Assembly (NCBI GenBank): GCA_944392795.1 | Contig: CALXXX010000006.1 | Coordinates: 18,485-82,484, forward strand | From: an uncultured Alphaproteobacteria bacterium | Lineage (GTDB): Bacteria; Pseudomonadota; Alphaproteobacteria; CAAHEQ01; UBA3637 | Direction of reading: 5' to 3' | Length of the DNA stretch: 64,000 nt | Shown: one piece after another, positions 57,901 to 64,000 of the stretch | Layout of the letters: the number at the start of each line of letters is the position of its first letter | Numbering within the stretch: position 1 is the stretch's first letter | Translations under genes and position numbers: made by a program | The notes under the pieces: model-generated | The model's database searches: none | Seen by the model: the letters and a program-made list of their open reading frames with translations, nothing else | Told to the model about the DNA's origin: nothing

Positions 57901-57924
57901 ATGAGTATCGGGTGGCAATATTAA
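54907..57924 (+). CDS. Autotransporter with subtilisin-like (S8) serine-protease passenger and C-terminal beta-barrel
   Basis: Signal peptide MKKILFFVCGLILFYSSAYA. S8 triad motifs VGIIDNGLD (Asp), HGTHVAGIIAG (His), GTSMAAPVVTG (Ser). The C-terminal ~300 aa are an amphipathic beta-strand domain. Confidence 0.8.
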   Translation: MKKILFFVCGLILFYSSAYAFNSSKEPILQVLSYVKQRNSVGLHAAVQKGLSIDSVDSLNRTALCFSVMAGDHVGYDMLIKEGASTNHACMRQMPQSQLKKFYTIHQNCGPMGCLQKQVLPFYKQPYFWLGTGAALAGGTALAFVIADSGDDDKNESSNGGSDLPPSVEPGEEEIAATFRTPEFTQENFQNGSNFLGQIKAEYAYARGYTGTYIDPDTGLSTGEAVVVGIIDNGLDYTHSDLTNNVLRDDLNNVIGANFNYGPCRNGDRTNCWVYENGTATFYEADGTIGKNSTIDQADWDEWVLLFPDDYDWDAVQGDPMPPTEANSHGTHVAGIIAGSKNGNGMHGVAYDAKVVSIQMPFDMARAYDDDLVNAFKTVIDNGAVAINNSWGTTLYLSNEVLLNQLFFDAVYENSLKKGLEYAIADTNDQGEQKRKTITVFAAGNDGNDYTPSIEAAAPQVIPQLLYYRDAENNLQPFTEFPTDTSTIASSLFLSVVSVNSENKLTYYSQKCGPAAMWCLAAPGGELFLDNNDNIVGEGIVSTVPGNTYETMQGTSMAAPVVTGSIAVMTGAFPYLSPEEIVAILFETATDLGDAGVDEVYGHGLLNLEAATRPVGNLTLAAGNSAKTEQVALAGSRVTLPHIFNSALAEHLPQQIVMLDKYARAFPIPTSNLIASTHRSKQAFADNLKMFTLGNPVQKMNVSENFSMAFSESRHLDSDLNVGSFDMTFHLGENASFNLFYTEDTMQTRGDYFTKNLKNPFIAMDNAYGLENSFKLNDKLNFKMSMAIGDNGFFDGNDFLDFEQDDAMQTSSAEVTYQPFKYLSVGFLGGLLREEDSFLGLSGQGAFNTSSTSTYFMGTKIGLYPTEKLSLEASYYYGLSNTAGQMNAFMHMTDLTSDSFAVNAKYQLEKEAFVGLQMSSPLRVRSGRANFDLPIGRDSVTDEIYRENFDVSMKPKARELNFGLYYAQSVDDLTFQAEIGTRLHPDHIEDARPDHRLMMSIGWQY

Positions 57925-57932
57925 AGGAAAAA

Positions 57933-57960
57933 GAAAAGCTCCCAAAAGGGAGCTTTTTTA
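57933..57960. terminator. Bidirectional terminator
   Basis: AAAGCTCCC-aaaa-GGGAGCTTT-TTTT. Confidence 0.75.
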
Positions 57961-58710
57961 TACTCTACCTAATTGACGTAAAGCTGCTGTTGTAAGCATA
58001 GTATGACGTTGACGCCATTTCTTCATTTGTTGGCGAACGGTTTGTAAAGTTTTAGGCTGAAGTCTTATATGTTCTTTTAATGCTTCTCTGCGATTATCTT
58101 GTAGCATTTCTGTAAGCCGAATATATCCAAACTTTGGAATGTTAACACCTTTCGTTTCATTTTGAAGCGTTTTAGCCTTTTTTTCCATTAATTCATCGGG
58201 TTTCAAGCTTCCGGGAGCTTTCCCATCATCTTTTAAAACTTCTACTAATTTGTCCTCTTGTTTCTTTAACTCCTTCGTTAAACCATTCCCTTCTTCTGTT
58301 AGACTAAAAGGATTAGCGCCAGCTATACGAATGAAACGATTTTTTTGCTCATCAGTTAAATGAAAACCATGTTTTTTTTCAGCATCTTCAATTTCTTTTT
58401 TTGCAATAGACATACGATAAAGTTGCATGCGCTTTTCTAACTCTCGTATTTTCTTTTTGTTTTCTTCAGTATGCTTAAAAGAATTATTATGGAAGTTTTC
58501 AGCTTCTGTATTATCACCGTGCAAGTTGTTATGGTCGTTTTGTTTTAATTTATAAATCGCCATGTTTTGATTGATAATATCTCTAGGTATCTTAAGAGAT
58601 TGAGAAAATAATTTTTTTTCTGTTATATCGCGAATAGGCACAGCAAACTTAATCGTCCAGTTTGTCTTTGGTTTTTCAGTTTGTTGACGCATTCGTTCTG
58701 GTTCAAACAT
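57958..58710 (-). CDS. Hypothetical charged protein (250 aa)
   Basis: No signal peptide or TM. Lys/Glu-rich. No known motif. Confidence 0.45.
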   Translation of the reverse strand: MFEPERMRQQTEKPKTNWTIKFAVPIRDITEKKLFSQSLKIPRDIINQNMAIYKLKQNDHNNLHGDNTEAENFHNNSFKHTEENKKKIRELEKRMQLYRMSIAKKEIEDAEKKHGFHLTDEQKNRFIRIAGANPFSLTEEGNGLTKELKKQEDKLVEVLKDDGKAPGSLKPDELMEKKAKTLQNETKGVNIPKFGYIRLTEMLQDNRREALKEHIRLQPKTLQTVRQQMKKWRQRHTMLTTAALRQLGRV

Positions 58711-58786
58711 AATATTCCTCTCTTTATTTTATGATATCAAAAATAGGGGATTTTGTCAATGTTTTGAACAGAAATGTATATTTCAG

Positions 58787-59860
58787 TTAATACATATCTT
58801 TTTCAATAATTCCACCGCCTAGGACGATATCATTATCATAAAATACCATTGATTGTCCTGGTGTAATGGATTTTTGTGGTTTTTCAAAATGGACATGTAC
58901 TTTATCTCCCTCAGGGACAATCAGAGCTGGCTGAGGAATGGCTGTTGAACGTTGTTTCGCTTGAACTGAAAGAGGTCCAGTCAATTTGGAAACAGCAATC
59001 CAATTTAAGTCAGAGACAAGAGCATCTTGCTTTTGAGCATCTGTAGCTGAACCAACCCATACTATGTTATGATGAGCATCTAACTCTAAAACAAAAAGTG
59101 GTTCGGTGTAGCTTATTCCTAATCCTTTTCGTTGACCAATAGTGTAGTTCCAGTACCCTTGATGGTATCCCAGTATGGTTCCATTAACATGCATGATTTT
59201 CCCTTTTTTGGGGGGGATTTGAAGTAAATCATTATAGTCTCCAGCATAAAAATCTTGGCTGTCTGGTTTGTCGTAAGTGTCCAAATTTCTATTTTTGGCT
59301 AAAGTTCTGACCTCTTCTTTTGTTAAATCTCCTAAAGGAAAAAGAGTATGAGCTAATTGATTTTGAGTTAAGCGATAGAGGAAATACGTTTGATCTTTCT
59401 TTATATCAATGCCTCTTTTTAAAATATAACGTCCATTTTCTTCTTCAATTCTAGCATAATGACCGGTCGCAAAATAATCAAAATGAATACCTGCTTCAAG
59501 CGCTTTTTGTTGGAGTAATCCAAATTTCATAACAGCATTACATTTTACACAGGGATTAGGAGTAATTCCTTGCAGATAAGCTTCTTTAAAATAAGATAAA
59601 ACCAAACGTTTATAATCTTCTGAGCAATCAAAAACGTATGTTTCAATGCCAATTTTTTCTCCAAATAGATGGATGTCTTTGATATCTTTTTTTTCTTCTG
59701 AACCATAACAAGCGTTTCCAGCAGCTTTTAATGCGGGTATATCTTTATCATAAATAGACATGGAAACACCAATGACATGATATCCTTTTTCTTTTAAAAG
59801 GCAGGCGACTAAAGAAGAATCAACTCCACCGCTAAGACCAACTATAACTGTTTTTGGCAT
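58787..59860 (-). CDS. mnmA: tRNA-specific 2-thiouridylase MnmA
   Basis: PP-loop GLSGGVDSS. Confidence 0.92.
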   Translation of the reverse strand: MPKTVIVGLSGGVDSSLVACLLKEKGYHVIGVSMSIYDKDIPALKAAGNACYGSEEKKDIKDIHLFGEKIGIETYVFDCSEDYKRLVLSYFKEAYLQGITPNPCVKCNAVMKFGLLQQKALEAGIHFDYFATGHYARIEEENGRYILKRGIDIKKDQTYFLYRLTQNQLAHTLFPLGDLTKEEVRTLAKNRNLDTYDKPDSQDFYAGDYNDLLQIPPKKGKIMHVNGTILGYHQGYWNYTIGQRKGLGISYTEPLFVLELDAHHNIVWVGSATDAQKQDALVSDLNWIAVSKLTGPLSVQAKQRSTAIPQPALIVPEGDKVHVHFEKPQKSITPGQSMVFYDNDIVLGGGIIEKDMY

Positions 59861-59869
59861 TTTTGCTCC

Positions 59870-61567
59870 TTACAGTTCTTCATCATTTCTTTCAATAGGC
59901 ATATTCTCTTCAAAAGTTTCTCCCTTATGAAGGTGAAAAGTATCAACTTTTGCACCGGGAAAGGTCGAAAGTACTTCTTGAACCAAAGGATGAAGAGAAA
60001 GAGTTTCTTTTAACTTGCGTTTGTTTTCTTGAGCTTCTTCTTTAATCGAATGTCCTCCATTTCCTTCTACAAGAGCAATATCCCATTTAATGCCTGTTTG
60101 AGCGTCTAAAAATTGTCGAAGTGTTTGACATAAATTCCCAGGAGCTTCTATCGGTGCAGAAAAATGAAGTTTGCCCATACCGACTTCTATAGGATGAACA
60201 AAATTAGCAACATTGAAAGATAATAACATTTCTCCAGCTTTTTTGGCAAGAATAACAATATCCATTACGGATTGAATTTGTGGGCGATTAAAAGATAGGG
60301 GTGTTTCTGAAGAGGCTTCGGAAAGCGAAGCTGTTTTAGTGCTTGTTTGAATAGAAGGAGCTAAATTTTCAGTTTTTTTTTGAGCCTCTGCCGTTATGGC
60401 TGGATTTTTTTTAAACTCTTCAATGAGTTCAATAGGACTTGGCAGCTCGGAAGCATAAGCCAAACGGATTAAAAGCATTTCTAAAGATTTTAAAGGACTT
60501 TCAGAAAATTTAATTTCAGAAATTCCTTTGAGAAGCATTTGCCAAGTCCGAGTTAAAGTGCTGATAGCTAAAGAGGAGGCCATTTTTTGTCCCATTTCTT
60601 TTTCCGTTTCTGAAATGGTAATGTCATTTGTTAGCTCTGGCGAGATTTTAATACGAGTGAGCCAGTGCGTTAATTCTAATAAATCTTGAGCTAAAATTAA
60701 AGGATCTGTTCCTAAATTATATTGATTTTCTGCAGCTTGTAGGGTTTCTTCGATTTTTCCTTGCATCAACTTTTCATAAAGATTGAACAGAACTGTTTTG
60801 TCAGTTAACCCAATCATTTGTCGAACTTGCTCAGCTGTTACATTTCCGTTTCCATGAGCAATAGCTTGATCCAATAAAGATAGACCATCTCGAACAGAAC
60901 CATCCGCCGCCTTTGCAATAAGCGCAACAGCTTCTTCTTCGGCAGTTACATTTTCTTTTTGAATAATCGTTTTAAAATAATCTGTTAATGTTTTTTGATC
61001 GATTCGTCTTAAGTCAAAGCGTTGACAACGAGAAAGAATAGTGACGGGTACCTTACGAATCTCAGTTGTAGCAAAAATAAACTTTAAACGCTCCGGTGGT
61101 TCTTCTAGTGTTTTTAAAAGAGCATTAAAAGCAGATTTTGAAAGCATATGTACTTCATCGATAATGTATATTTTATATCGCGCTGATAAAGGATTATACT
61201 TAGCTCCTTCAATAATTTCGCGAATATTATCAACCCCGGTGTTACTGGCAGCATCAATTTCAATTACATCAACATGGCAATCATTGGCTATATCCTGACA
61301 ATGCTTGCAGACACCGCAAGGATTCGGCGTCATGCCGCCTTTCCCGTCAGGTCCAATACAGTTTAAGGCTCGAGCGATAATACGGGCTGAGGAGGTTTTC
61401 CCAATACCGCGAATTCCTGTTAGAATATAAGCTTGAGCTAGGCGATCTTTTTGAATAGCATTTGTAATCGTTCGTACAAGAGCCTCCTGTCCGATTAAGT
61501 CAGAAAAAACTTTCGGTCGATATTTACGGGCTAGAACTCTGTATTTTGTTTGCGGTTCGTTTTCCAT
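59870..61567 (-). CDS. dnaX: DNA polymerase III subunit gamma/tau
   Basis: YRPKVFSDLIGQ, Walker A GIRGIGKTS, and a zinc module CGVCKHC. The start was moved to MENEP (RBS AGGA), because the longer listed ORF would overlap the SRP RNA gene. Confidence 0.88.
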   Translation of the reverse strand: MENEPQTKYRVLARKYRPKVFSDLIGQEALVRTITNAIQKDRLAQAYILTGIRGIGKTSSARIIARALNCIGPDGKGGMTPNPCGVCKHCQDIANDCHVDVIEIDAASNTGVDNIREIIEGAKYNPLSARYKIYIIDEVHMLSKSAFNALLKTLEEPPERLKFIFATTEIRKVPVTILSRCQRFDLRRIDQKTLTDYFKTIIQKENVTAEEEAVALIAKAADGSVRDGLSLLDQAIAHGNGNVTAEQVRQMIGLTDKTVLFNLYEKLMQGKIEETLQAAENQYNLGTDPLILAQDLLELTHWLTRIKISPELTNDITISETEKEMGQKMASSLAISTLTRTWQMLLKGISEIKFSESPLKSLEMLLIRLAYASELPSPIELIEEFKKNPAITAEAQKKTENLAPSIQTSTKTASLSEASSETPLSFNRPQIQSVMDIVILAKKAGEMLLSFNVANFVHPIEVGMGKLHFSAPIEAPGNLCQTLRQFLDAQTGIKWDIALVEGNGGHSIKEEAQENKRKLKETLSLHPLVQEVLSTFPGAKVDTFHLHKGETFEENMPIERNDEEL

Positions 61568-61585
61568 GCTCATTCCTAAAGGTTG

Positions 61586-61682
61586 GTGGAAGGGCAGAAA
61601 ACGACCCACTTGCTAAGGTTGAGCTGCTTTCTTCCGAACCTGACTCGGTTTCCTGAACTTGTGTCCGCTTTTGTCCTTCCGT
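61586..61682 (-). ncRNA. ffs: Signal recognition particle RNA (4.5S/ffs)
   Basis: The minus strand reads GGAAGGAC...CCGAGUCAGGUUCGGAAGAAAGCAGCUC...GCCCUUCC. The domain IV motif matches E. coli CAGGUCAGGUCCGGAAGGAAGCAGCC. It forms a long hairpin, is GC-rich and lies directly upstream of dnaX. The ends are approximate (+/-5 nt). Confidence 0.85.
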
Positions 61683-61834
61683 TTATAAGTATTCTGATTT
61701 TTGAGAAAAATGCAAGGGAAAAATAAAAAAAGACTTTATTCAAAAAAGATTGACAAAAAACAAAAAGAAGTTTATTTTATTTTTTCCTTCTGATTATGAA
61801 GGAATGAAAATAAATATAAATAGGATATATAGTT

Positions 61835-62179
61835 ATGTTAACAAAAGAGAAAGTCACAGAAATTGCTTTAGAAACTTTTGATGAGTATGTGGGTAAAAAA
61901 ATAAAGCCAGAACAAAATTTATATCTTGACTTAGGTCTCGATAGTTTGGATTATGTTGAACTTGTTCTTAATCTTGAAGAAAGATTAGCTGCTTCCTTAA
62001 GAACAATGGATTTAAATGCTAATAAAGCCAAAACAGTCCAGGATGTTTTAAATTTTATATATATTGATATGGGATTTGAAAAACAGCAAGAAAAACCAAT
62101 AACAATATCTAAAAAGCAATTTTTACCATTTTTCAATATTCAAAAAGGAAAAGAAAATGACAGAACAAGAAATTCTTGA
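61835..62179 (+). CDS. Acyl-carrier-protein-like protein (114 aa) with phosphopantetheine-attachment motif
   Basis: LGLDSLDYVELV (DSL serine motif) and a ~35-aa C-terminal extension. Confidence 0.55.
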   Translation: MLTKEKVTEIALETFDEYVGKKIKPEQNLYLDLGLDSLDYVELVLNLEERLAASLRTMDLNANKAKTVQDVLNFIYIDMGFEKQQEKPITISKKQFLPFFNIQKGKENDRTRNS

Positions 62180-62510
62180 TAAAAGTCTTGTTAATGCAGT
62201 TTTACAGACTGATCTGACAAAAGTTCGTTTTTTGCTTGAACGAGGAGCTAATCCCAATGCAAAATATCTTGAAAATAGGGAATTTTGTTGGTATGAGCCA
62301 GTTGTTTATTTGGTTGCAAAACGGGGTGATGCAGCTATGTTGCAAGATTTTATTGATCATGATGTTAAAGTGGATGCTTTTTTATTAGATGCAGCGGAAC
62401 AATCTAAAGAACCTCAAAAGCCTGTTTCTATTATTCGTGCGGAGATGCGTCGCCGAGATATTTTGAAGCTAATTTTCTCTAAAGGGCGTAATAATTTCGA
62501 ACGGTTTTGA
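62157..62510 (+). CDS. Small ankyrin-repeat protein (2 repeats)
   Basis: LVNAVLQTDLTKVRFLLERGANPNA and VVYLVAKRGDAAMLQDFIDHDVKVD. It overlaps the ACP-like ORF by 23 nt. Confidence 0.5.
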   Translation: MTEQEILDKSLVNAVLQTDLTKVRFLLERGANPNAKYLENREFCWYEPVVYLVAKRGDAAMLQDFIDHDVKVDAFLLDAAEQSKEPQKPVSIIRAEMRRRDILKLIFSKGRNNFERF

Positions 62511-62515
62511 TAATT

Positions 62516-62548
62516 AAAAAACGGAGCGTTGATTGCTCCGTTTTTTTG
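62516..62548 (+). terminator. Rho-independent terminator
   Basis: AACGGAGC-gttgatt-GCTCCGT-TTTTTTG. Confidence 0.8.
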
Positions 62549-62667
62549 TATTTTAATTTTTGGCATGCTTTATAAGAGGGCATTTTTTGTCTGTCATAAA
62601 AATTTAATTTTCTTTTTTGAAAAAATGTGTATGATGAAAAACAAGTTTTAATAAAAAGGAGAGATTT

Positions 62668-63597
62668 ATGACAAAAGCACTCGTGTTTCCTGGCCAAGGT
62701 TCTCAATCTGTCGGTATGGGAAAAGATTTATTTGATGCTTTTTCAAGCGCTAAAGATGTCTTTTTAGAAGTCGATGATGCTTTAAGCATGAAATTATCCG
62801 AAGTGATTTTTAATGGTCCAATAGAAGACTTAACTTTAACTCAAAATGCGCAACCGGCGTTAATGGCTACCTCAATGGCTGTGGTTCGAGTATTAGAAAA
62901 AGATTATAATCTTTCTTTGCCAGAGCAGTTTTCTTATGTGGCAGGACATTCTTTAGGACAATATGCCGCTTTATGCGCTAGTGGCGCTCTTTCTTTGGGA
63001 GATACAGCTCGATTGTTGCAAAAGCGAGGCTTGGCCATGTCTCGGGCAGCAGAAGAAAATCCAGGGAAAATGGCAGCTATTATTGGTTTATCGATTGAGG
63101 ACGTGAAAGAAATTGCTGAAAAGACAGGTTCTTTTGTTGCTAATGATAATTCAATCGGACAAGTAGTTTTAAGCGGTTCTTCTGAGAATATTGAAAGAGC
63201 TTTGCCGTTGGCAATAGAAAAAGGTGCTAAACGTGCTTTGCCGTTAGTGGTTTCCGGTGCCTTTCACAGTCCTTTAATGAAAAAAGCTCAAGAAGAAATG
63301 ACAGAAGTTTTAGAAAATGCACCTATTCAGACACCAAAAATAGCTTTGGTTGATAATGTGACAGCAAAGGCAGTAACGAATCCAGTAGAAATAAAAAAAC
63401 TTTTAATAGAGCAAATAACTGGCTCAGTCCGATGGACGGAGAGTGTGCAGTATATGAATCAGCAAGGTGTTAATATGTTGGTAGAAGTAGGCGCTGGGAA
63501 AGTTTTATCTGGTTTAACAAAACGAATTGTGGCAGAGATGAAAGCAATTTCAATAAATAATATTTTATCTCTTGAAGAATTTGTAAAAACGTTATAA
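62668..63597 (+). CDS. fabD: Malonyl-CoA:ACP transacylase
   Basis: GHSLGQYAAL active-site motif. Confidence 0.92.
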   Translation: MTKALVFPGQGSQSVGMGKDLFDAFSSAKDVFLEVDDALSMKLSEVIFNGPIEDLTLTQNAQPALMATSMAVVRVLEKDYNLSLPEQFSYVAGHSLGQYAALCASGALSLGDTARLLQKRGLAMSRAAEENPGKMAAIIGLSIEDVKEIAEKTGSFVANDNSIGQVVLSGSSENIERALPLAIEKGAKRALPLVVSGAFHSPLMKKAQEEMTEVLENAPIQTPKIALVDNVTAKAVTNPVEIKKLLIEQITGSVRWTESVQYMNQQGVNMLVEVGAGKVLSGLTKRIVAEMKAISINNILSLEEFVKTL

Positions 63598-63632
63598 ATA
63601 TAACTTAATATTAGAAAAAAAAGGAAAAGGAT

Positions 63633-64000
63633 ATGTTTGATTTTAAAGGAAAAACAGCTCTTGTAACTGGTGCAACGGGTGGTATTGGTCGTCAAATTGT
63701 AAAAAAATTACATTCTTTGGGATGTACGGTTGCCATCACAGATATGAATAAAGAAGTTTTAGATGCTTTTGCTGCTGAGTTAGGAAGTAATGTTTTTACT
63801 TATGAAGCGAATCTTACGGATGCAGACAGCATTTTAAAGCTTGTTAAAGATGCTGAGACTGATATGGGAAAAATAGACATTCTCGTTAATAACGCAGGGA
63901 TTACAAAGGATGGATTGTCCATGCGTATGACGGACGAGCAATTTAAGCTCGTTTTAGAAATTAATTTGATTGCAGCATTCCGTTTAATGCGGGCAGTGAT
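63633..64000 (+). CDS. fabG: 3-oxoacyl-ACP reductase FabG, 3'-truncated at the window edge
   Basis: KTALVTGATGGIGR (Rossmann) and NNAG. Confidence 0.88.
   Translation, partial: MFDFKGKTALVTGATGGIGRQIVKKLHSLGCTVAITDMNKEVLDAFAAELGSNVFTYEANLTDADSILKLVKDAETDMGKIDILVNNAGITKDGLSMRMTDEQFKLVLEINLIAAFRLMRAV

Overview
The window is 64 kb of a low-GC (~36-38%, judged by eye) chromosome whose gene order points to an alphaproteobacterium, probably a host-associated or reduced-genome lineage. The alpha-type synteny seen is kdsD-lptC/A-lptB, argS-SPOR-nagZ, tatABC, rpmH-rnpA-yidD-yidC-engB, secB-tim44-mltA-smr, ffs-dnaX and fabD-fabG. I found one tRNA-Pro(GGG) and one SRP RNA, and no rRNA, CRISPR array, IS element or intact prophage. 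Three regions are not explained by the housekeeping backbone. First, at 16.7-24.9 kb next to the tRNA-Pro, an accessory island made almost entirely of nucleotide- and peptidyl-nucleotide-processing enzymes: an S66 MccF-like peptidase, two GNAT acetyltransferases, HD and PHP phosphohydrolases, a TmrB-like P-loop kinase, an outer-membrane beta-barrel, and a three-domain CoaE-CoaD-HD fusion protein. Second, at 27.5-39.6 kb, a surface-polysaccharide cluster with glf, gmd and fcl, a heptose-1-phosphate nucleotidyltransferase-like gene and four glycosyltransferases. It also holds two convergent giant glycosyltransferases (720 and 717 aa) built from GT9 heptosyltransferase-like modules separated by lysine-rich ~19-aa repeat arrays, and a C-terminally truncated Ugd-like gene. 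Third, at 25.95-27.44 kb, an orphan phage T7 gp17-like tail-fibre gene with a small downstream partner, lying directly beside the polysaccharide cluster. Smaller oddities are an apparent single-polypeptide LptC-LptA fusion, a TatA with a histone-H1-like Lys/Ala/Thr tail plus a 59-aa minimal TatB, an extra ACP-like gene and a 2-repeat ankyrin gene upstream of fabD, a subtilisin-type autotransporter, and a dimeric (alpha2-type) glycyl-tRNA synthetase. All calls rest on reading the supplied six-frame translations and the DNA by eye; no database search was run.
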